Virus record (IMG/VR): IMGVR_UViG_3300034101_006340
Location: 96,001 to 160,000 of that record
Strand: one strand, 5' to 3'
DNA: 64,000 nucleotides
From: a virus
This document shows positions 1-11,700 of the stretch, piece after piece (position 1 is the stretch's first letter; each line of letters opens with the position of its first letter). The notes beneath the pieces are model-generated. The model did no database searches. It was not told the origin of the DNA and was given only the letters and a program-made list of their open reading frames with translations. The position numbers were made by a program, and so were the translations under genes.

Positions 1-2761
1 AATTCACATGCTTACTAGCATTAGTCAAAGAAAATACATCGGAACCGCTTCCAACCTTGTCATTAACTTTGAATAATATACCAGCATTAGTACCCGATAA
101 ATTGACCGGAAATTGCCACGATGCGTTGCCGTTGGCATCAGCAATTAAACTATAACCAGATACCGTACTTAATCCAACTCTTAAACCACTGGTAGTAATA
201 GTTCCACTAACATCAACAGAAGAACTAGGACTAGAGTTGTTAACGCCAACTCGATTATTATTCATATCAATAACGGTTGTGGTACCACCAGACCTACTCT
301 TAAAAATGACTTGATCTTGTTGAAGACCAGTATTAAATATTATGCGTGAATTATCTAAATAAATTTTATTACTATTGCTAGTACCAATTTGTAATGTATT
401 ATTAAATGTGCCGCTAATGTTATATCCAATAATAACATTATTAATACCAGTAATATTATTTCTATTGCCTAGAATCATACCTCCGTGATGGTAGTATCTA
501 TTATTTGATCCTACGACGATATTATTTGTACCATAGTTTTTGGTTCTAGTGACACTATCACTATCTGTTTCTGTAATTTCATATGGAAAAACTATAACAG
601 TAACAGTTGAGCTTAATTCAGCAAGAGGGTCGTCGAAATTATTTTTAATCCCATATCTAAGTCCATCTGTAGTTATGCCTTCACCAAGATTAATGGTTGT
701 ATATGCGCCAAATCCTGTGGTGATATAATCAACAGCTACTCCACCATCTGGAGTAACAATTAGTCTATTATAGACATAAGAAGCCGCTATGGGATTATAG
801 ACTACCACTAGAATTCTTTGACCAGCTTGATAGTATGCTCTAACGTCTCCATTTATAGTTAAAGTTGTGCCGTCTACAGTTCCGATATGTCTTGTTGATC
901 CAATAATATTATTAGAACCATATACAAGATTTTTTGTACCATATAAATCATTGTTGTCTCCAACACAAATACCGCTAACAACAATTTCATTATCTCCAAA
1001 TAAAATATTGCCGCTACCAAATGAGTAAACGTCTCTTTTTGAAGGATTATTAACTATAGATGCTGTACCAACAACCGTTGATCGTCCACCAAATATATTG
1101 TTATAATTACCATTTACAAAATTACTATTGCCAATATTTTGAACGTACGAAGCGTTTTTTATATTATTAAAAGAACCAAGAACATTAAGATTATTACCAG
1201 ACACATAGTTTTTATTACCAAATATAGATCCATTAGTAATAGTATATCCAAAATTATTAACACCAACAATTATGGTGTTATTCAGAGTTCCAAAAACCCC
1301 GGAAGAGGTTCCCGAAACTTCGCCCTGACTATTGATACCTAAACCGCTGTTATTATTTAATCCGCCCACAATAATATTATTATTACTAGTTAATGCAGCA
1401 TAATTATCTGGACCTAATACAACATTATTTTTGACAGTACCACTTAGATTATTTTTACTACCTAATACTAGAGAGTTAACAATATCCGAAGCTATATTAG
1501 TTTGTCCCACCATAACCAAGCCGGTCGCACTACCAGCCGACGTATTATTATCAATGCCAATAAGAACACTAGAGTCAAGCTCATTAATAACCTGATTATT
1601 TAGCCCCATGATAATTGTTTTATCGCTATTTACCAAACTCATACTATTACCAATAAATAATCCACTATTTACATTGCTAATGATATTAGTATTACCAACA
1701 GAAACAATATTGGAACCGCTAGCTTTTGTGGCACTGCCATAAATAATATTATTATTACCAGTAACGGAGGTATTAGATCCTATCGATGAATTATTTGAAC
1801 CTATAACTCTAACAGTATTTCCTATAAATAAATTACCATCTCCTGTGATGCTAGCTATTGAACCAAATCCTATTCCGGATGCTCCGCTAACAGAAGCATT
1901 GTTGGCAATCAATAAATTGTAATGTGATCCAGAATTAGTTGTGATACTATTGCCAAGAATAATACTATTACTGCTATTTAGTCTAGCATCATTAGCTATA
2001 AGTATAGAATCATTTCCGGTACTAACAATATCGTTTCCAAATAAAACTATATTATTACCACTAACAATTGCTAAATTAGATACACATATCACTTCTGTAG
2101 AATTTAAAGAAATATTATTGCCTAATAATAAACCAGAAGTTACAGTTCCACTATTCTTAGAACCAACATTAACATAAACTAAACCAGATAAATTATTAGA
2201 TCCACCAATAATATTATATGAATATCCAGTAATAACATTTAATCCACCAAGAACTACGCTATTGGTGTTGGCTTTAAAAATTTCAGACGATGTGCCAGTA
2301 TGATCAACATAAAATAAGATTTCACCACTTGTTTGAGATGTTGCGGGATTAAGTATGCGTGATTTGATTTGACCATAGTAAATAGTTTGATCGTTAGTAT
2401 TTTTACCAGCCAAATCAATAGTAGCAGGAAAACTACCAGTCGATGCTGCTGTTCCAGGATTGTGCAGTAATAATACTCTAACTCCAGTAGCACAATTAGT
2501 TATGCTTTCTATTTTAAGTCCATCGCTAGAGCAAGGCGCTACAACATGCAAAGCACTATCTGGATCATTAACATTAATACCTAGTCTACCAGTTGAAGCA
2601 TCATAATATAAAAACTTTCCGACTCCAGTGCCGGAAACTGCAAAATCAATATCTAATGCTCTATTATTAAAAACAGTAGCTAAACCAGATGATTCTGATA
2701 AAATGATATCATATGGAGTACCAGAACCAATATTTAAAGTACCTGATATAACATTAGACAT
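1..2761 (-). CDS. Tail fibre/adhesin-like protein with YadA-head-like Asn/Gly/Ile/Ser repeats; 3' end runs off the window (at least 920 aa)
   Basis: Not in the ORF track because it has no stop in the window. ATG at 2761, 15 nt after the TMP stop, gives MSNVISGTLNIGSGTPYDIILSESSGLATVFNNRALDIDFAVSG...GRLGINVNDPDSALHV. Spot-checked lines show no in-frame stop, and the frame is still open at position 2 (..KVGSGSDVFSLTNASKHVN). Many N-x-x-x-G repeats. Confidence 0.8.
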   Translation of the reverse strand, partial: MSNVISGTLNIGSGTPYDIILSESSGLATVFNNRALDIDFAVSGTGVGKFLYYDASTGRLGINVNDPDSALHVVAPCSSDGLKIESITNCATGVRVLLLHNPGTAASTGSFPATIDLAGKNTNDQTIYYGQIKSRILNPATSQTSGEILFYVDHTGTSSEIFKANTNSVVLGGLNVITGYSYNIIGGSNNLSGLVYVNVGSKNSGTVTSGLLLGNNISLNSTEVICVSNLAIVSGNNIVLFGNDIVSTGNDSILIANDARLNSSNSIILGNSITTNSGSHYNLLIANNASVSGASGIGFGSIASITGDGNLFIGNTVRVIGSNNSSIGSNTSVTGNNNIIYGSATKASGSNIVSVGNTNIISNVNSGLFIGNSMSLVNSDKTIIMGLNNQVINELDSSVLIGIDNNTSAGSATGLVMVGQTNIASDIVNSLVLGSKNNLSGTVKNNVVLGPDNYAALTSNNNIIVGGLNNNSGLGINSQGEVSGTSSGVFGTLNNTIIVGVNNFGYTITNGSIFGNKNYVSGNNLNVLGSFNNIKNASYVQNIGNSNFVNGNYNNIFGGRSTVVGTASIVNNPSKRDVYSFGSGNILFGDNEIVVSGICVGDNNDLYGTKNLVYGSNNIIGSTRHIGTVDGTTLTINGDVRAYYQAGQRILVVVYNPIAASYVYNRLIVTPDGGVAVDYITTGFGAYTTINLGEGITTDGLRYGIKNNFDDPLAELSSTVTVIVFPYEITETDSDSVTRTKNYGTNNIVVGSNNRYYHHGGMILGNRNNITGINNVIIGYNISGTFNNTLQIGTSNSNKIYLDNSRIIFNTGLQQDQVIFKSRSGGTTTVIDMNNNRVGVNNSSPSSSVDVSGTITTSGLRVGLSTVSGYSLIADANGNASWQFPVNLSGTNAGILFKVNDKVGSGSDVFSLTNASKHVN

Positions 2762-2776
2762 TTTGTTTTCTTTCTA

Positions 2777-5700
2777 TTATTGTTGGCCTTCTTTAGAATC
2801 TTTATTACTATTCTCCCATTGACGTATCGCATCTTGTACAATATTACCTAGCGGACCTTCTATTAATGCTTTGAGAGCATCAGCACCATTAACATTAATA
2901 TCCCAAGGCTTATTTTGTACCAAATTAACATTAACTTCCGGAGGAATATTTAACTGTTGTAGTTGTTGAACAAATGTATCAAATTTTTGAGCAAATGTCG
3001 CCAAACCGGCCAAACCACCCTGAGCACCTCCTGCGCCCTGAGCAGCTTCACCATTACCATTTACACCGCCACCGCCTCCTCCTGCTAATGCTTGATTTAG
3101 CTGTGTGATTGTTGCTCCATATTGTACTAAAACTTGATTAACACCAGTTAATAACGTTCCAAATATAACCATTTGTTTATTAACATCACCATAAGAACTA
3201 GGATCAAAAGCTGCTTGTGACGCTTGGCCAACAGCTTGTTGTACTTGTGGAGAAATTGCTGGCGCTCCACCAGGACCGCCGCCTTGAGCCTGCTGCCCCA
3301 TCATGGCTTGTTCACGAGCATTGGGATTAGCTTGTTGTTGTTCAGCATATGCTTGTTGATATGAAACACCTTTGGTTTTGGAGCTTGAATATGCGTCTCT
3401 TCTGCGTTGCATTTCCGCCTCATAAGAGTCTTTTCTTTCTTTCATCTGGTCCTTATAAGATTGTCTTCTGCTAGCCATTTCGTCTTCATATGCCTGCCCC
3501 CCTTTTTTAAGATATACAGTACCACCACCACTATAACTATTACTGTTAATAGATCTTAATAAACCTAGATTTTTTTGCGTAGCTTTACGATTAACAACAA
3601 ATTCACCGGGAGTCAACATAGCTGGAACAGTATCAGTACCTCGTGGTTGATAGTTAACCAATGTTCCAGTACTAGCATAAATTAATCCGCCAAAAGCTTT
3701 ATTCTGTGCTCGTGCGGCTCTGTCTGCTATTCTTCTCTCAGCGCCTTTCTGAAAAGCCGCTGCTTGTTTGTTTGCTAAGTCTTTTAGAACAGGATCATCA
3801 CCAGCACACTCGGCCCTAATTTGTGCATCTAATTCTCTCTCTTTGGTTTTTTTATCTTCAAATCTTGCAATTTGTTCTTCTTGATCCAGTTTAACAAATT
3901 TAGTTGATCTTTTCTCACGATCCAAATATGTCTGACTAACACCAGCATTGCGATAAAATATATCCATACCGGGGACAGTTACCGCATACATATTCGGTAG
4001 ATTATTTTGTGCGTCTGCACCGCCATTAGTAGCATTTAAAAGAGTTGTAACAGCATTCTTAAAAGCATCAATTAATGGACTATCTGCTTGTATAGTATTT
4101 ATATCTCCTTTTTCTCTACGAAATTCATTTTCTATTTTAAATCTTGGAGATGCTTCTAAAAGCTCTTTACGACCCAAACCGGAAGACTGCATAGCTTCGT
4201 CTTCTCTTGCTAAGGATGTTTTTCTAAAACCGTCCATTATTTCTCGTAATCTACTAGAATAATCCATTCTAATTTGACGAGCATTTTTTGCTCTATCTTC
4301 ATCGTCTGGATTCATCTTAGCTTCTTCTTCTGCTCTAACAGCTGCTCTCTCGCTTTGTGCATCTCTTTCCAGACGAGATTTTTTCTCTGCAACACATTGA
4401 TAAAATCCTTGTCTATTCGATTCTGCATCTGCTCTGGCTCTTGCTGCTCTGTCTCCTTGTTCTTTTAGTTTAGCCAAATCTTCTCCTTGAACAGCTCCTA
4501 TGGCATCAAAAGCCGAAGCCACAGAATCAAGATTTGGAATACCTCCATCTTGCAAATAAACCACTCCGCCTTTACTCATTGCTCTTTGTCCACTATTGAT
4601 AGCTTTGAGCAACGGCAAATGTTTTTGTGTAGCGGCACGATTGACCACAAATTCCCCAGGAGTTAACATCGCTGGTACGGTGTCCGTGCCTCTTGGTTGA
4701 TATGGGATCAACATACCAGTATTTGCATATACAACTCCGCCACTACTAAGCTGTTCGGGATCTACTTGTAATTGACTGGTATTACCTCTACTACTGGTTT
4801 TTATATTATATCCTTGTCTCCATCTGTCTCTAATTTTATCGTTTTTAGTACTATAATATGTAAATTCTCCTAAGCGATTTCTCCACCAACCATAAGAACT
4901 TTTATATTGACTTTGAGGAGACTTACCTCCTGTAATTTTTCTACCACCTCTTTCCGCTTGTGCTCTTATCGCCCAGTTACGATCTCTCATATCTTCTTCT
5001 TTGCCAGATGGTTGTCCGAATTTAGCTACAGGAGTAAAACCCTCTGCTTCTGGTGCTGCTTCTCCGCGCCTTCTGGCTTTTCCAGCTTCTTGTGCAAATC
5101 CTACTGCTTCTTGATCTTCTACATCTCTCATATCCATTGGCGCTCCGCCAGGAGCAAATGCTGCTGTTCTGGTATGCACCTGAGATGCTGCTGTTCGTGT
5201 AGCAGCTTCTCCTTTTGCTTGTCCAAGAGCATTTCCTCTAACTGATTGATCAACCATAGTGCTTCTTTGATCATATGCGGTTGTACGATATGATCCTTGT
5301 TTATCTTTAGAATAAAATGCTGTTGTGGTAAATAAATTTTTATCAGGCGCTGGTGGCATATTACCAGCGACAATCTGCTGACTAGCAAATTCTTTATAGG
5401 TTAATTCATCATAATAGTTTGGTCTTTCTATTGCTTTTTTAGCCTCGGCTTGCACCTTGGCTTCTTCTTTGAAGTCTTCCGGGCGTGGTGCTTCTTGTTC
5501 TGGTTGACCAATATCGGGCCCGCCAGGGGGGACTTTACCTTCTTCCGGGGGTGGTATTGGTTCTCTGGTCATGGGCCTATCCCGCCCAGCATCTTGAATT
5601 TCTTGAGCCTGTTTCATTAACTGCCATACGGCTAATATTCCAGCAAGTATAGTTAATCCCGTACTAAGTCTCGATTTCTTATTTGATCGAAATGCAATAG

Positions 5701-8700
5701 CATTATCTTTAACAAATTGTGGCCAAGATCTTGGCTTAAAGCCAGGAAAATCGGAATCATCAAAACCCTTAACTAAATTATCATAGTCTGCTGATGGTTT
5801 TTTAGCTCCTGCTTTATTAGCCATATCATCCAAAACTCGTTGTCTCATAGCTGCTACTTTGGTATCGTAAAGCTGTTTACCTAAAGAGTCATCCATCATT
5901 ATTTTGGTGGCTTGATCATTAAGCACAAGATTACCACTGCTATCAATATCAAAACCATTATTTTTAATCTTGGTTAATGTGTCCTGAATTGTTGTGTCTG
6001 GAACTTCGCCTAAAGCTTTTTGTATGGCGCTTGTTTCATTAGCACCTTTTCCTATGGCATCTTTAAAAGCTTGGTCAAAAACAGTATTATTCTTTAGATC
6101 TGCTAAGTTTTTAGTAGCGGCATCTTTTAGAGCAGAACCCGATCCGCTCTGGTAAAATAAATCAACCACTTCGTTACCAATCTTTTTTGTAGACGCTTCA
6201 TAAATCTCTCTAGCATTTTTAACTGCTTCAGTAAATTTTTGAGCTCTCCTACCAGCAAACATTCCTTTAGTATAATATGTTTCTGGACCTTTTACTGTTG
6301 TAGCAGTATCGTCTAATGGTTTCACGCCAGCATCGTCTGCGGCTTTAGCAGTAGCATCATCTGCGGTTTTAGCAGCAGCTCGTTCCGCTTTGATTTTATC
6401 AAGCGTATCTTGGGAATTACGTCTTAGTCTATCAGCTGCTTTTTTAGCTTGTGCCGCATCTCCTCTACGAACAAGCTGTTCATCGAGTTCTATTAATCGT
6501 GCTTTAGCTTCTTGTGTATAAGACCCACCACCACCTTTGCCCCCAGACTTTCTTCCTGCAATAATCTCATCAGCCTGGCCTTGTATTCTTTCTATAGAAA
6601 GCCTATTGGGTGGTACACTATTCCATCCTCCACGAGAGATAAAATCTGCTTCAGCGGCAGTTTTTATATCAACATCAGAGATTGTATCTAAAGACCCATC
6701 TTTAATTCTTTGATTCAAAGCTTTTAGTCTTGCGTTCGCATAATCGATAGGAGCAAAATTATTTCCGTTTCCATCGACAGGATAAGTAAAGTCTGGATCG
6801 CTTTCTCTGCGAATAATACTTTCTGATAATGTTTTTCTTTCATCTACAAATGCTTTAATTTTATCGGCAGCCATTTTAGACTGTTGTTGCATAGGGTCCA
6901 CAACCTGTGTTTTGGCCGGAGTGCCTACTTCATCTGCTGCTTTTGCTGTTTGTTCTACTGTCTCTGTAGCACCTTTTCTAGTTAATATTTTGGCCCGACC
7001 ATCTTTTAATAGTTTACCAATTTTGGTTTTACTAATAAGTCTGCCCGCTGGGCCTGCTGCTAATGCTCCTCCTCCGAGCGCAACATCCGCAATATCAAAT
7101 AACATTTCTGCGGTTCCTGCCGAAGACTTATAACCAGCTTGTTTCTCTAATAGTTTTTCTTTTTCTGTTTTAATTAATTCATCAGCAGCAGAAGCAGCCA
7201 TAATTCCACCAACGCTACCAGCAATAGTAATACCAGCAGTTCCTAGAGCAGCAGCAGTCGCTCCAACAGCAGCGGCTGGTAAAGCTATTGGGGCTGCGGC
7301 AGCTACAGCAGCAGTTAATAAAAGATTTCTTAATCCTATTTGCGATCCTTTTCTAAGGCCTTCATCTCTAATATCTTCTGGTAACATACCTAATTGAGAT
7401 AATTCAGATAATTCTTTTGCCGAGGTGGACTGTACGCCAAGATTCATATCTATTAATCCCTCTAAAGCAGCAGTACTTCCACTACCAGCTATATTTCTTA
7501 GAGAGATAAGATCTTCTAACAAAGATTTTCTTTGTTGGTATTCTGGTTGTTTGGCTTTCCATTTCGGTTTGTTATTTATTAGATACGCTATTTCGTCGGT
7601 GATGGGCTTGGTAGTTTTTGCTGGTGTCCAACGAGGAAGGTTTTCATGTTCTTGACGCAAATCTTTTATTCTTTGATCTATGCCTTTTAGATCAGTTCTT
7701 TTAGACAAAATATCGTGCCATATATCCAATTTTGGTCCCAAAGAACGTACTTGATCTGATGCATCGGTTTGAAATTCTTTTCTATCATTTGTGGTACCAG
7801 CCCAACTAAATAATTCTTTAATATTTTCTCCTATCCACCACGAATCATCCAGATAGGGATTGATGATAGATAAGGTTTGCAGGTCTTTAGACAGAATATT
7901 TGTAAGGTCTATAGAATCTATAGGGCTGTCGGCCCCGCCAGCAACATTGAGACCAGCAAGCATAGCATCGGCTCTACCAAACTGTTTTTTTAGGCCGATT
8001 AATGTTTGAATATCTGTAGAAAATTGTTGCACCCTAGGAATTTTATTACTAGACAGCTTACCTCCCGGTAAAAGATCTTTCTGGATTCTTATCCCCTCTT
8101 GAGTCTCCACCTGTGCCATTGACGAAGACCCTGCTTCAGATAAATCCTTCAAAATATCATTAATTAAAGCCTGTTTCAAATTATCTGGTTGCACACCTTC
8201 TGGTTGCGGAGATTCCATAGTAACTTCTATAGCCTTATTGATACTATTTTTTAGGCTGTCTGATGCTGCAACGGGTTGTTTGGAACCCTCTGCAAGATAA
8301 ACAACTCCTCCTTGACTATATTGATTGGGAGTTGATCCGCTATTAATAGATTGTAATAAGGGTAAATGTTTTTGTGTGGCGGATCTATTTACTACAAACT
8401 CTCCCGGAGTTAACATGGCAGGAACAGTATCTGTTCCACGAGGCTGAAAATTAATCAGTTTACCAGTACTAGCATAGACTACTCCACCCGTAGCTAAAGG
8501 TTGTGGTTTTTCCAAACCCATAGCGGCAGCACGAGAAGTAAACCAATTCAAACTTGGTAATGGGCCGAGATTATTAGCTAAACCAAATAATACCTGTGCT
8601 TCTTGGGCTTTTTGATATATATCTTGACCAGCTTTATTATAGCTGTCTATAAATTCTGCCATTCTAGCAGCATTGTCCGGCTGTGCTTTAGTATCAAAGA

Positions 8701-11700
8701 AATAGTCTTGGCCAACCCAATCACCAATTCCACCATACCAATTCATCAATCTTGTTAATCCATCTCCTATCCAACTAAGAGTCATAGGATCAAAATATGG
8801 CATAGTACTATTTTCTGCCCTTAAATTAAACAAGTCATTTCCAAATTTTTGTATTAAATCTTTTCTGGTACTAGTTTGTGGAAATTCATTATACGGGTTA
8901 AAAATCAGTTTAACAAGATCATTAACATTGGCATTTTCTGGTAATGCAACAGATAAGTCACTAGCTGCTAGTTTGCCGTCTCGTCCAACGGTCTGGATCT
9001 TAGTTCCTTGAAGTTGTGTACTTATTAGGTTTTGCCAATCTCCGCTAAGAGCCATCGATCCAACCTTGCCGAATCTAGCTGAAGTACCATAGCTTCTGAA
9101 TACATCAGCTATATTTGCTTTCTGATCATAAAATTGTTTTAATAAAGACGTATTGCCTTGAGCTATATCAGCAAAAGCACCAGCTGCTCCACCTATCATT
9201 AGGTATGCATTATTTAACATATTAGCAGCTTGTGGACTATTAGCTTTTGGCATTAGTGCTTGGCTAATATAGCCACCAGCTTGATTAAATAATCCGCTCA
9301 TATAAGATGATGCATCTTTATAATTTCCAAGAGCAGCTACTCTCATGGCTTGAGTACCACCGTAATTAGCAACCCATCCTGTTGGCAACCCGCCTAAATT
9401 ATTAAATAACTGCATTGCTCCACGAATCATAAGTAAAGTTGCTTGTGTATTTTCTTTATCAGAAAAAACCTTGCCTTTAGTTATTGCGGAATTGTCTACT
9501 TTGGCTGCGGCCCCTGCCATCATAGTTTGTAGGCTCTGTAGTTTATCTACAAAAAAGTCCCCTATGGGAACACTGATAGCATTATCACTAAAACCAGCAA
9601 AAATATCTCTGCCTGCTGTACCAGCCCCACCCGGCACATCTAGGGCTTTTAACAAACCTACTGGACCACCTTTAAAACTTAATCTAACTAAATCCTTTAC
9701 CGCTTGTTGTTTAGCGGCATAATCTGGATCTTTATTTAGTTGCGCTTTTAATAAATCTGCAATTGCAGTACCCACATTTGGATCAGCTAAATTAGAATTA
9801 GCTAAAATATCTGCTCCTGTATATTTTTTATTTGTAAATAATCTAGATCTCTCTGTATCCAGTTGTTGGAACAGTGTTTTATCAATCTTATCAGGTAATA
9901 AATATGTAAAGGGTGCTCCAACAAATTCTTTTTTGGCACCATCAAATAATTTACCAGTATACTGAGTATATTGTACGGGTATGTCGATTCCTTGACCCAT
10001 ACCTACAGGTAAAACATCTCGAATATTGGCAGGTAAATCTAATTTAATTGGATCTGTTATAGTACTAGTTTTTATTCCGCTCTTATTTATAAGATCATCT
10101 AATGTTTGTTTAGAAGCCCTTTCTGCAAATCCTTTGCCTAAATATGTATCTATGGCGCCATTTACCATAAAAGGTAGTTCCGTTTCTCCTCCGTTAATAG
10201 TATCTGTAATCTTAAAACCTTCAGCTAATGTAAACTCATCCAATGGTCCTGCTAAACCAGGAATACCGAATTTAACTTTCTCCTTTGAAGCTTTAGCCTT
10301 ATTACTTCTTGCTAATTCAAGTCCTTTAATAAAGTCTGCTTCCATGCTTTTTTGTGCAACAGTAATAGCGCTGACATTTTGTAGTCCGTCGAATATAGAT
10401 AAATTTGTACCAATACTATCATTTGTAAGAGTTGCGCTTGGAATTGTATTACTAAATAATCCAAATAATATCTCTTGTAGTTTACTGCCCTCTTCTGTAT
10501 AATTAAGATTTCCTTTTAAGAATTCTCTAGTATTAATTAGTAATTCATTAAGCTTTGCATTTTCCACATTAGTTTCTGCTATTTTATCAGCTAAAATTAA
10601 ATCTAAACCTTGTCCTGTTGCTAATTCTGGATATTTAAGAACATTTGTTCCCACAATATTCCAGTCTCCAGAATAGTCTTTACCAAAATATGGACTTTCA
10701 GGTAAAAATTGAAGATTAGTTTTTGCTTTTGTGGCCGATGCCACAGCATGTGGTTTACCAGCACCCAGATACATGGCATATGTATCCTGTGTATAAACCC
10801 CAAGAGCGGGTCTACCAGAAAGCTCTTGACTATCAATAGGTACTTCTCCGGCCATAACTGGAGAACGACCTGTTTTATAGAATACTCCAGCAGATTTACC
10901 TTGTTTACTTGTTGTAATTTTATTAGTTGTTTGACTAAAAACATCTCCTTCTTTCAAAGGATCTCCAAAATTAGATGCATCTATCGTAGCAATAGGTAGA
11001 GTAACTGTTTCGATTCCAGCAAATTTTGTTTTGATACTTTCGGCTTTTTTTTCTGCGTCGTTTTTAGAAAGCTTATCAATTGTTTCTAAAGCAGGATCTT
11101 GGAAATATAACCTGTCGTCTGGTTTTGCTGGGCTCAGAGCACTAGCTCTATTCATTAAAGCATTATTGTGTTTGTAACTATATTCATAATCATTTCTTAC
11201 AATATCTGGAGTATATCCTGGAACTGGTGGACCAGGAATAATATTTGGAGAATCTAACCCATACCCCTCTTTTCCAGGAATTGCTGAGGCCATCATTTTA
11301 TAGGTAGATGTATAAACATCGGGCAGTGCAAATAATGGAGATGTGGCAATATCCCATGCTATTTTATTAGAATCTACGTCTTTAAGAATTGGTTTTTCTA
11401 AAGTCTGACCGGCTCCTAGTGTTTTATCACGATCTCCATAATTTGTAATGAAGCCTCCGGCAGCATAATAAGAGACTTTGCCTCCGTTGGCATAACCATT
11501 ATTAATGGATTGTAGTAATGGTAAATTAGCTTGGGTAGCTTTGCGATTAACAACAAATTCTCCAGGCGTCAGCATTGCTGGTACAGTATCCGTACCTCTT
11601 GGCTGGAAATTAACCATTTGTCCAGCAGATGCATATATCAATCCGCCTGTAGCAATTCCGGGTGCTGCTGGAGCTGCGCCGGGTGCTGGGGGCGGAGCTT

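Noticed and set aside
3587-11605. TMP motif copies as a CRISPR array or DNA-level repeat
   Set aside because: Copies are 1-4 kb apart, in frame, and conserved only at the protein level.
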